Source of the DNA: SAR324 cluster bacterium
GTDB taxonomy: Bacteria; SAR324; NAC60-12
DNA: 64,000 bases
Reading direction: 5' to 3'
Assembly (NCBI GenBank): GCA_015231825.1
Contig: JADGAV010000009.1
Location: 147,870-211,869, forward strand
In this document: in pieces, positions 40,994 to 49,958 of the stretch
Numbering within the stretch: the stretch's first letter is position 1
Layout: each line of letters begins with the position of its first letter
Notes under the pieces: generated by a model
Databases searched by the model: none
Told to the model about the DNA's origin: nothing
The model's input: only the letters and a program-made list of their open reading frames with translations
Made by a program: the position numbers and the translations under genes

Positions 40994-41764
40994 TTATGCC
41001 AGGCGAACTGCTCCATCCAAGCGGATGGTTTCTCCACTGAGCATCGTGTTTTCAATAATCGATTTTGCCAAAGCTGCATATTCGTCAGCACGTCCCAGAC
41101 GTTTTGGAAAAGGGGTGCTGGCTGCCAGGGCTTCCCGTGCTTTTTCAGGGAGACCATCCATCATGGGGGTATGAAAGAGACCGGGTGCAATAGTCATCAC
41201 CCGCATTCCGTAATCGGCAAATTCTCGTGCAATGGGAAGAGTCAATCCCACAAGTCCTCCCTTGGATGCAGAGTAGGCAGCTTGTCCGATTTGACCGTCA
41301 TAAGCGGCTACCGAAGCAGTGTTGATGAAAACTCCTTTTTCGCCGTCTGCATTTGTTGCCTCATTGTGGAACATTTTCTCGGAAGTATGACGAATGACAT
41401 TCATGGTCCCGATTAAATTGATATTGATCACTTTGGCAAACGAATCAAAGGTCATCATGCCTCTCTTTTGACTGAGGACTTTTGCAGGTGTCCCTACCCC
41501 GGCACAATTGATCACGATGTGAAGTGAAGCAAATTTTGCAATCACACGGTCCACACCAGCTTTTACCTGCTCATCGTCTGAGACATCTGTTTTAACAAAA
41601 AGGACTTTGTCCCCCAATTCTTCTGAAATCGCCTTTCCGGTTTCTTCATTGTAGTCGAAAATTGCAACACCACCTGCACCTTCTGCAAGCAATAGGCGGA
41701 CGCACGCGGCCCCAAGACCAGAAGCCCCGCCGGTGACAAGGGCATATTTATTAGTAATTTCCAT
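40994..41764 (-). CDS. SDR, 3-hydroxyacyl-CoA dehydrogenase type II (HSD10-like)
   Basis: YALVTGGASGLGAA, NCAG, YSASKGG motifs. Start taken at MEITNK to avoid overlap with the upstream gene. Confidence 0.8.
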   Translation of the reverse strand: MEITNKYALVTGGASGLGAACVRLLLAEGAGGVAIFDYNEETGKAISEELGDKVLFVKTDVSDDEQVKAGVDRVIAKFASLHIVINCAGVGTPAKVLSQKRGMMTFDSFAKVININLIGTMNVIRHTSEKMFHNEATNADGEKGVFINTASVAAYDGQIGQAAYSASKGGLVGLTLPIAREFADYGMRVMTIAPGLFHTPMMDGLPEKAREALAASTPFPKRLGRADEYAALAKSIIENTMLSGETIRLDGAVRLA

Positions 41765-41805
41765 TTGATTCTCCTGAAAAATTGTAAAATTGAAAACACG
41801 CAAAA

Positions 41806-42423
41806 TTATGATTGCTTTTGAGCACGTAGAATTGCCTCTCGTATCAAGCATAGACGATCGTTGCCGAAATACATGTCATTCCGGTTTACGAAGACTGTAG
41901 GAGAACCAAAACCTCCCCGGTCTATTAACTCCTGAGTATTGGTTTTGAGCCGTTCTTTAATTTCGGGCTTCGCGATTTCCTGAAAAAAGTCATCTGGCTC
42001 CAATCCGACTTGCCGGCAGATTTCCGTCAGGATTTCTGTTTGGGAAATATCCTGATCATCCCCCCAATAGGACTTGAATACCGCATTTGCAAAAGGAAGC
42101 AATTTTCCTTGCTTTTCAGCAATGAAGCAACCCCGCATCGCACGAACACTATTGACTGGAAAGACGGTAGGAGGCATTTTGATTTGAATGCCGTAGTGAT
42201 TTGACCAGTCAGCAAGATCTTTGATCATGTATTGGGCTTTAGGAATCACTGGATTTTCCCGGGACTGATAGACACTGGGGTTGATGCTGTTAAAAATGCC
42301 TCCCACCAGAATCGGCTTCCATTCAATCTGAACCTCCCGTTCTTTTGCCAACGGTTGAATCCCGATAAAGCCCAGATAAGTCCATGGACTGGAGCAATCA
42401 AAAAAAAATTCCACTGAAACCAT
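41806..42423 (-). CDS. 2-hydroxychromene-2-carboxylate isomerase / DsbA-like protein, second paralog
   Basis: FFFDCSSPWTYLGF N-terminus and GGFGSPTVFVNRNDMYFGNDRL C-terminus. Confidence 0.7.
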   Translation of the reverse strand: MVSVEFFFDCSSPWTYLGFIGIQPLAKEREVQIEWKPILVGGIFNSINPSVYQSRENPVIPKAQYMIKDLADWSNHYGIQIKMPPTVFPVNSVRAMRGCFIAEKQGKLLPFANAVFKSYWGDDQDISQTEILTEICRQVGLEPDDFFQEIAKPEIKERLKTNTQELIDRGGFGSPTVFVNRNDMYFGNDRLCLIREAILRAQKQS

Positions 42424-42608
42424 ATTTATTCCCCAAACCTTTAAATATAGGATAATATCTCCAAGTTCTGTTTTATTTTCAAGTGAATTTTGCCAGAAGA
42501 TGCTTCGCTTTCAAAGCAGGTCTTTTTTTGGTATTTGGATCACCGAAAGTGAAGTCCGCATCAAACCGATTGGTCTCCACTTTTTTAAACACTTTAATCA
42601 AAATAATA

Positions 42609-42979
42609 TCATGGCAATCGTTATCAAGTCTCCTTCTATCATAGAAGCCGCCGGTACAAAACCAAAAATTATTGAAGAATATGTGGGTCGGGTGAATTCC
42701 CGTCATGAACAGGTCAGTATTGCGAAAATGACCAGTCCTTCAGGGTGGGTAGAGCCAGGGCAAACTCCTGAATTTGATGAATATACAATGGTTTTGAAAG
42801 GAGAATTGACCGTGACTACTAAAAAAGAAAGCTTTCAGGTGAGTGCCGGACAAGCCATTGTGGTGGAAAAAGGAGAATGGATTCAATACAGCACCCCGCA
42901 TCCGGAAGGTGCAGAATATGTGGCCGTTTGCCTCCCTGCTTTTTCAATGGAAACTGTCCATCGTGATGATGAAGTTTGA
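42609..42979 (+). CDS. cupin-fold protein, ectoine-synthase (EctC)-like
   Basis: C-terminal AEYVAVCLPAFSMETVHRDDEV resembles the EctC tail (...ACVFTP...EVHRED). About 123 aa from Met MAIVIK. Confidence 0.45.
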
Positions 42980-42986
42980 AACTGCT

Positions 42987-44087
42987 TTATGTTGTCTTCA
43001 AGGTGAATAGCTTTATCTTTTCCTCTTTTCCTCTCAACTCACATTCGCCAATCTCCGTCAAATCGTAGCTATTTTTAAACAAATTGATCAATTTTTCAGA
43101 AATGAGAATGTCCACTTCATAAGAATTACATTCACTCTGAATTCTAGCAGTAGTATTTAAAACATCTCCTGAAAATGCGATCTCCTTTTTTAAAATTCCT
43201 ATTTCTCCAATAGTGGTTTTCCCAAAATGCAATCCAGCCTTAAAACCAGGAACCAAGCCAAATTTTTTTAAATATTTTCCGGAGGCCCTATCCAGGGTTT
43301 TTTTCATGATTAAAAAACATTGTATGCAGTTTTCATTTTTTACCCCTTCTTTCAATGTCCAGGAGATAATCACTTCATCACCAACATATTTATAGATTTC
43401 TCCGGAAGTTTTAGTAATGGCTTCTGTAAGGTCTTTGTAGTATTCATTCAACAACTCATAAAATTTTATATGTCCTAATTTTTCGGCAATGGAAGTTGAC
43501 GATTTCATGTCCAGGAACATGAATATTCGTTCTTCTTCTCTGGGTTTATGATATTTGCCAAGGATAAAATCTTTAAGGATACTCTGCCCAAGTTGATCAC
43601 TGACTTCTGAAAAGAAAAGCATTATGAATACAACTGTCCCCATGTAAATGATGACAGACCAAAAAGCAAAGTTTGTGATAAATTGAGTTACAGAATTAAG
43701 ATTTAATGGGTCAAAAAGCGAAACCTCTAAAACTATGCTGTTCAGAATAATGGTTAGGCTCAACAGAAATATACAAAGTGTGCTTATGTAGATGGAGGTT
43801 TTGATGAAAATTTTTTTCCCAAAAGACTGTCCGATAAAAATTTTTTTCAAAAACAGAATTTCGATAATTCCTATTGTCCAACCAATCAGTAATGCTCCCA
43901 CACTGACACCAACAAATGACTGCTCAAATTGATAGGGATTTCCTGTTGCTGGATAGTAATTTAAGTTACCGAGCAGTCCTCTTTCAACTACAGTCCAAAG
44001 AACACCAAAAAAACAGCAAATAATTCCAAATGGTAGAATTTTACTGATATTTCTTTTTTGAGTTGGAGAAAAATTAATAGGAGACAT
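42987..44087 (-). CDS. membrane-anchored class III adenylate/guanylate cyclase
   Basis: Six N-terminal TM helices. Cyclase homology domain with FMFLDMKSST, YVGDEVI and NTTARIQS motifs. Confidence 0.75.
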   Translation of the reverse strand: MSPINFSPTQKRNISKILPFGIICCFFGVLWTVVERGLLGNLNYYPATGNPYQFEQSFVGVSVGALLIGWTIGIIEILFLKKIFIGQSFGKKIFIKTSIYISTLCIFLLSLTIILNSIVLEVSLFDPLNLNSVTQFITNFAFWSVIIYMGTVVFIMLFFSEVSDQLGQSILKDFILGKYHKPREEERIFMFLDMKSSTSIAEKLGHIKFYELLNEYYKDLTEAITKTSGEIYKYVGDEVIISWTLKEGVKNENCIQCFLIMKKTLDRASGKYLKKFGLVPGFKAGLHFGKTTIGEIGILKKEIAFSGDVLNTTARIQSECNSYEVDILISEKLINLFKNSYDLTEIGECELRGKEEKIKLFTLKTT

Positions 44088-44238
44088 GAGATCCTTCTGT
44101 CGAACATTGGCACTAGCAAGCGGATAGGCAGACTATGCCTTTACAATCAATTTTTCAGGAGCGATCAATTCGAACCCTGCAAAAGCGAGATGGTGACATG
44201 GCTTTATACCCTTGTCAGCTGCTCCAGGCTGCAAAATA

Positions 44239-44694
44239 CTACAATTTTTTTAACAATTGTTTGTTTGCTGAGAATTGAAAACCAAGTCTGATATAGTACT
44301 CTAAGGCTCTTTTGTTCGTGGGCGTTGTTTCCAACTGCAAAGCGACTATGCCTCTCTTTTTTGAATCCCCGATACTGTTTAAAAAATGCGACCCAATCCC
44401 CTTATCTCGATAGTCCGGTTTGACATATAACTCATCTATATTCGCGAAACTTCCACCATATTCATTGCTCCAAAAATAAATGATAATTGCATAACCAACT
44501 ATAACTTTTTCTACTTCAAAAACTATGATCGATCCCTTTTGCGGATGACGTTTCAGTTCATCAATCGTCTTGTTGATTTTCGCAATTGTCATTTTCTCTC
44601 CATATTCGTCTTCTGAATAGAGAGAAAAAACCATCTTCTCAAGTTCTTCACAATCGCTTTCAATAAAATCTCGAAATACTGCTTTACTTGCCAA
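44239..44694 (-). CDS. GNAT family N-acetyltransferase
   Basis: YRDKGIGSHFLNSI acetyl-CoA-binding motif. 151 aa. Confidence 0.7.
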   Translation of the reverse strand: MASKAVFRDFIESDCEELEKMVFSLYSEDEYGEKMTIAKINKTIDELKRHPQKGSIIVFEVEKVIVGYAIIIYFWSNEYGGSFANIDELYVKPDYRDKGIGSHFLNSIGDSKKRGIVALQLETTPTNKRALEYYIRLGFQFSANKQLLKKL

Positions 44695-44932
44695 CTTTAT
44701 AAACCTTGGATTGATAATTAATGCGTGTTATGAGCCTGTACTCATTCCATCCAATATTGAAGATGTTTTTTCTTCCTGCATTATCAGCATGGAGAAATTA
44801 GGCACGTATTTCTTTGATATTTTGAAAATTTCCTTTTTTTATTTTTTGAAACCATTGCAGAAAGGAAGGTTTTACAGTTGGATGAATTGTATAAAACTTA
44901 ACTCCAGGAAGTCCGGAGCTCGGTTTCGAGCG

Positions 44933-46138
44933 TCATTCCCTGTCCGGGATCGCAGGAATCTCGGTGCACTTGCCGCGAGGGATATCGCCGGCACGGTCAT
45001 ACATTGGCAACTCACAGACTTCACTGGCTCGAGTATGTCCGTCAACGCATTCGACGCGCAGTTCGCTCCCCGGCCCAAGAGTCGGATCCTTCAGGCGTGC
45101 GATGGCAACACCACATTGAAGGTAGGGAGACCAGGCGCTGCTGCAGACAAGACCGGCGGACTCGCCATTGAGATAAAGAGTATCACCGTGGCGGGCCACG
45201 CCATCGGCGCATCGCAGCCCCCAGGTACGTCTGCTCTTGTCCGCCTGTGCGAGTGCGGGCATACCGATAAAGCCGGATTTTTTAAAATCCACCAACGCCC
45301 CAAGCCCCGCGGCGAACGGAGTCACGCTGTCATCAAAATCAGTACCTGCGAAAAGCAACCCAGCTTCTATGCGTCGGGCGTTGGTCGCTGCAGCCGGTAT
45401 GGTGTGAATCCCGTGGCGTTCTCCTGCCTTCAGGATCACTTCCCCGATGACATCAGCGTCGGTATCGGATCCGAAGTAAAACTCCCAGCCCAGCTCGTTG
45501 GTGAAACCCGTCCGGCTGATCACCACAGGTTGGCCACCGATATGTATCTGGGCCAGATCGAAGTATCGAAAGAGATCCGGCATACCTTCGTCGGAGGCTT
45601 GAGCGAGCACATCCATTGAACGCGGACCCTGGACCTGGCTGATCCAAACATTGGCATCGAATACCTCGACGGCGAAACCTTCCGCGTGGGCACGCAGCCA
45701 GACTGGAAACTCGCCATCACCTTGGGCATACCAAAAGCGGTCGGGCGCGAGCCGAAGAAGGACTCCATCCATAATCATTCCGCCATCCGCAAAACAGGCA
45801 ATTTGATAGCTGCAACGCCCGACACGCACGCGTGACACATCTCGTGTGAACACACGGTTTAGCATAGCTTCGGCATCCGGCCCGCGGATCTCGGTTGCCA
45901 GTTCGCCGGTATGTGCAAGACCGACCTGCCGCCGCAAACGCCAGTAGAGTTCTTCCGTGCCAACGTTGCCGTATGCAAGCGATCGCAACCGTCGATTGTA
46001 GACGCCGAACTCCGGGTCATGCGGAAGTTCCTGGTGCACCAGCGGATGCGGTGTCATGGACTGTCGGAATTCACTCGCACCACCACTGGTGGTCACTGGC
46101 TTCACCACGAATTCTGTATTGTTCTTTGAGTGTATCAA
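44933..46138 (-). CDS. aminomethyltransferase, GcvT/DmdA family folate-binding protein
   Basis: GcvT-family architecture (ISRTGFTNELGWEFY, C-terminal barrel). The CDS is about 57% GC whereas flanking DNA is about 40%. Confidence 0.8.
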   Translation of the reverse strand: MIHSKNNTEFVVKPVTTSGGASEFRQSMTPHPLVHQELPHDPEFGVYNRRLRSLAYGNVGTEELYWRLRRQVGLAHTGELATEIRGPDAEAMLNRVFTRDVSRVRVGRCSYQIACFADGGMIMDGVLLRLAPDRFWYAQGDGEFPVWLRAHAEGFAVEVFDANVWISQVQGPRSMDVLAQASDEGMPDLFRYFDLAQIHIGGQPVVISRTGFTNELGWEFYFGSDTDADVIGEVILKAGERHGIHTIPAAATNARRIEAGLLFAGTDFDDSVTPFAAGLGALVDFKKSGFIGMPALAQADKSRRTWGLRCADGVARHGDTLYLNGESAGLVCSSAWSPYLQCGVAIARLKDPTLGPGSELRVECVDGHTRASEVCELPMYDRAGDIPRGKCTEIPAIPDRE

Positions 46139-46755
46139 ATTACCTCCCGGTGTTTAGGGCTTAAAGAAATCAACAAATGATCTGATTCGCTTCAAAGGAA
46201 TAGCGGATCAACTCCCCAAGACTCAGCAGCACAGTCTGGGAAATCGCCTCCATCTGTTTGTTGAACTGAAATCCACCTCAGGCTCTCGTGTCTGCTTCTT
46301 TTCTTAAAGCACTGTTGTTGCATCCAAAAAATGGCATTCATGACGCTTTTTGACTTTTTTTAAAAATCTTGTCTCAAGTAAGTTCGCTTTCTACTTGTAG
46401 AATCTTTTCTTTTATCCATAAATTTAGCAGAGTTTCTTCACGGATTCCTCGCTTTTCTGCATTTTGCTTAATCTTTTGTGAATGTTGTTCTTTTTTTGAA
46501 AGTATCTGCTGTGTGTTTCAAATTTGATATTGAACGAGGCAACCCCTTTTTGTGCTCTGTTGAATCATGTTCTTTCCGGAAGGCACCGATTTCCGGGCAA
46601 GTTTGGGTATTTGAAGCAGTGGTTGTACGGGACCGGGACAAATCCCTGGCTCTTTGAAGATGAATTTCAGCCGGTATTCTTGTACTTCGGGAACTTCTTA
46701 TTCTTCCACATTGTGATTCCAATGCAGTTTTTCGACGTCACCCTTTAAGCCATCG

Positions 46756-47508
46756 TTAGGCCTTTTGAAGTCCTTGTAAATATTCATTTTTCCTATCTTT
46801 CTCAAGATATTTCAGCGCATTACCAAGACTTTCTTTTGAAAATGATTTCAAGTGATTTTCAACAAATGAAATGACAATTTTTTCATTTTGTTTTGATATA
46901 TCACGCAAAATCCAGCCCACTGCGGTCTTTGAAAAACGTTCTTTTCTGTTGATGAGAACACTGCATGCCTCTTGAATCAATGGATAATATTTTGACTCCG
47001 ATGCTAAATTTACAAAAGGAACTACAGATGATCTTGCTTGCCACAAATAGTCAGCATCTTTCCATTTTATTATTGATTCTGCACATTGTTCACCGTTTTC
47101 CTTGATTGTTGCTCCCAATATACGAACGCAAAACCAGTCACAAATATTCCAATCAAATATCAATTCCTGTTCATATATTTCTTCATACCTTTCAAGCAGA
47201 ATTTTCCAGGGAAACTTGTCATAGAGATAATTTTGAAGCAATAAGATTCCTGCAAGTTTGTCTTCTGCGATGGGCTCTCTAAAAAATTCCAATGCCAAAT
47301 CAAGCTGATTTTCTAAAGTCCAGTTGTCAATTCCATTTGCCTTCCGCCATTCTCCCAGCAATTCCCGATTTTTGGGAATACCGACTCCTCTGAATGGAAT
47401 CACTCCTTTCATATATTTTTCCCACCATAGCTTTGTTTTTTCGCTAGCTTCAGTTGCCAATGCCTTTTGGTGTTTTTGAATTAATTCCTGATAATTGCTT
47501 GTCATCAT
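46756..47508 (-). CDS. DNA alkylation repair enzyme family protein (AlkC/AlkD-like HEAT repeat)
   Basis: 250-aa all-helical protein with W/K-rich repeats (KTAVGWILRD). Resembles pfam08713 family members. Confidence 0.5.
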   Translation of the reverse strand: MMTSNYQELIQKHQKALATEASEKTKLWWEKYMKGVIPFRGVGIPKNRELLGEWRKANGIDNWTLENQLDLALEFFREPIAEDKLAGILLLQNYLYDKFPWKILLERYEEIYEQELIFDWNICDWFCVRILGATIKENGEQCAESIIKWKDADYLWQARSSVVPFVNLASESKYYPLIQEACSVLINRKERFSKTAVGWILRDISKQNEKIVISFVENHLKSFSKESLGNALKYLEKDRKNEYLQGLQKA

Positions 47509-47860
47509 TTAAAGCCTAACATAGTCGCAAACATTAAAAATGGGTTTCACTTCTAAAAAGGAGTTCTTCAATTGTTATAATCAGCGAGTCCAATCAATCA
47601 ACTGTTCAATCAAATTCCTCGAATGGAACTTCAATTTTGGGTGTATAATTTAGATGGGAATTTGGTGAAATTGATAATCCACGGCATACATTTACCGGTG
47701 AGTCGGAATGATACCTCAACTTGCCTTTTCTGCTGATTACAGTATTCTTTTTCTTCCTGCCAAGTTCAATTCCTTATGGAGGAAAGGTATTTCCTTTGTG
47801 AGAAGGATTGTCTGTGATCAATTCAAAATTATTTACTGCACTGAAAAGGAGTATAGTCAT

Positions 47861-48463
47861 ATGAGAACCCTGCTTTTGATTTTGTCCCTGTTTTTTACCA
47901 TTTCCTACGCCGAGGCACAGGAATCGATTCGTGGAAATTTTGATGCCTTAAACGGGGTGCCGAAAATGCACAGCATGGAGAAATTTGTGTTTGAAGAATT
48001 TCTCAATTTCGGCTGTCCGCACTGCAATAATTTCCGGATGCTCTCTCAGGAAATGAAGGAAAAATATAAAAATCGGGTTGAATTTATTGATGTCCCCATT
48101 TTATTTCGTGGACAGGCCGATGCACCACTACGTTTGTTTTATGTCGCCAAATCTCTCGGCAAAGCAGAATCGGTGAAAAATGCAATTTTTGAAGCGCAGT
48201 TCAAACATGGTGTGGATGTATTTGACCCTGGAATCATCAACTATCTTGCTCGCTCATTGGGGATGGGAAAAGAATACAGTCGAGATGCGCAAAGTGCTGA
48301 AATCACTCAAAAGATAAAGGACAGTGAGCAAAAAGCAACCCGCTATGGAATCCAGGCTACACCCACTATTGTGTTGGCAGAAACTTTGAGGATGAAAATT
48401 GGCGGCAGCATGGAAGAATTTGTAGAGAATCTCCCGCAAACCTTTGATGATTTATTGAAATAG
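47861..48463 (+). CDS. dsbA: DsbA family thiol:disulfide oxidoreductase
   Basis: Signal peptide MRTLLLILSLFFTISYAEA. CPHC active site (FLNFGCPHCNNF). RBS aaggag 7 nt upstream of ATG 47861. Confidence 0.75.
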   Translation: MRTLLLILSLFFTISYAEAQESIRGNFDALNGVPKMHSMEKFVFEEFLNFGCPHCNNFRMLSQEMKEKYKNRVEFIDVPILFRGQADAPLRLFYVAKSLGKAESVKNAIFEAQFKHGVDVFDPGIINYLARSLGMGKEYSRDAQSAEITQKIKDSEQKATRYGIQATPTIVLAETLRMKIGGSMEEFVENLPQTFDDLLK

Positions 48464-48502
48464 AGTTTTCCGGCCTCAGAAAAGGCCGGAACTTTTGGTT
48501 CT

Positions 48503-49423
48503 TTATTTTAGAGATTCGAAAAAGTCACGTTCGCTACTGAGCAAAAGCGTCGTGCCTTCTTTCATCGTTTCCCGATAAGCATCGTGTGAACGTTGAAATT
48601 TGAAAAAGTCAGGATCTTTTCCATAAGCTGCAGCATAAATAGAAACGGAACTGGCGTCAGCGGTTCCCCGGATTTCTTCTGATTTTTTTTGCGCTTCCGC
48701 AAGGAGCTTGATCCGGTCCCGATCTGCAGCAGAACGAATGGATAGAGATTGCTCTTCTCCTTCAGAGCGGTACCTTTTTGCGTCCCGCCGACGTTCTGCT
48801 TCCATACGCCCGTAAACGGCACGACTGTTGGCGGTCGGCAGATCTGCTCGTTTAATCCGCACATCCTCAATTTCTATTCCAAATGCCCTGGCTTCTTTTT
48901 GAGCATTTTCTGTGATTTCCTTCAAAATGCTTTTACGCAGGTTGATTGCCTCGGCATCGAGCACACTGTTCTTGATCTGCGTGCTGAATTGACCGCTGTG
49001 CTGGCTTCCGGAGACAATTTCAGTAAGGGTATGCTGACCAAGAACCTGCCGGACCTGGGAATAAATAATATCATCCAAACGGGCTTGTGCCTGAGAGGTG
49101 CTGCGCATGGTTTGATAAAATTTTAAAGGATCGGTTACTTTCCATTTCGCATAATTGTCAACCACCATTTCTTTTTTGTCTTTTGTAAAAATTGAGCCGG
49201 GGTCGGCATCGTAGGTCAACAGTCGATTGTCAACAACAAAGATTTCGGTGATAAAAGGAATTCTAAAATGCAGGCCCGGTTCCTTGTAAATTCTTACGGG
49301 ATCTCCCAAACGTATTTTTACGGCATATTCAGTTTGATCAATGACAAAAGCAGTTGCAGAATATGCCACTACAAGACCGATTACGATGAAGAGCAAAATT
49401 TTGATAGCGCTGAAGGATTTCAT
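48503..49423 (-). CDS. hflC: SPFH/band-7 family protein (HflC-like)
   Basis: N-terminal TM anchor, SPFH domain (YAVKIRLGDPVRIYKEPGLHFRIPFI), coiled-coil region. 306 aa. Confidence 0.75.
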   Translation of the reverse strand: MKSFSAIKILLFIVIGLVVAYSATAFVIDQTEYAVKIRLGDPVRIYKEPGLHFRIPFITEIFVVDNRLLTYDADPGSIFTKDKKEMVVDNYAKWKVTDPLKFYQTMRSTSQAQARLDDIIYSQVRQVLGQHTLTEIVSGSQHSGQFSTQIKNSVLDAEAINLRKSILKEITENAQKEARAFGIEIEDVRIKRADLPTANSRAVYGRMEAERRRDAKRYRSEGEEQSLSIRSAADRDRIKLLAEAQKKSEEIRGTADASSVSIYAAAYGKDPDFFKFQRSHDAYRETMKEGTTLLLSSERDFFESLK

Positions 49424-49652
49424 ATCGAGTTTATGCCGTTAAATGATTTAAATACCAAATTTTAGACTGAAACTTGCATGTTTATGCGTTTTACAAAAAG
49501 ATAACAGAATCTGATGCTAAGAAAAATGTCTGAAAATCTTGGTTAGGATTGCAAAAATTTTCGACTATCATATCACCATCACTTGATTTTTTACAATTTT
49601 TTTTGCAAAGAGTCTTTGTCTGGCAAGTCGATCAGCAACACGGAGGTTCAAT

Positions 49653-49901
49653 ATGTTTGGTTTTCGTTCTCCCAAAGAACAGGACATTGTGATTCAACTC
49701 GCATTGAAGCAAATTGAGAAAATGCTGAAGGAAATGGATGGAGAAGGGAAAGATTTGAGGAAACTGAAATTGAAACGATTTCAAAAAACACACCATGTGA
49801 ATTGTCGCTGCGATCAATGTCAGACTGCCAAGGCTAAGGAAGATCCCCGCCTGAGAGGACTTCAGGAAGCCGGATTTAAAGTCTATGTGGAAGGAGATTG
49901 A
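49653..49901 (+). CDS. small hypothetical protein
   Basis: 82-aa ORF with a CRCDQC motif, directly upstream of the mla-like operon. Coding status uncertain. Confidence 0.25.
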   Translation: MFGFRSPKEQDIVIQLALKQIEKMLKEMDGEGKDLRKLKLKRFQKTHHVNCRCDQCQTAKAKEDPRLRGLQEAGFKVYVEGD

Positions 49902-49958
49902 TGAAAGGAAAGAGATTCCCCGATGTCCTGTAAATTTCCGAAGTTTCCTCCCTGTTGA

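Noticed and set aside
44711-45619. 302-aa plus-strand ORF
   Set aside because: Lies antisense to the GC-rich GcvT-family gene. Long stop-free antisense frames are expected in high-GC DNA. No motifs. Its 5' end starts in unrelated AT-rich DNA.
47560-47580. Extended -10 promoter-like element TGTTATAAT
   Set aside because: A good sequence match, but it lies about 290 bp upstream of the nearest plus-strand gene (dsbA), with no -35. Too speculative to call a promoter.
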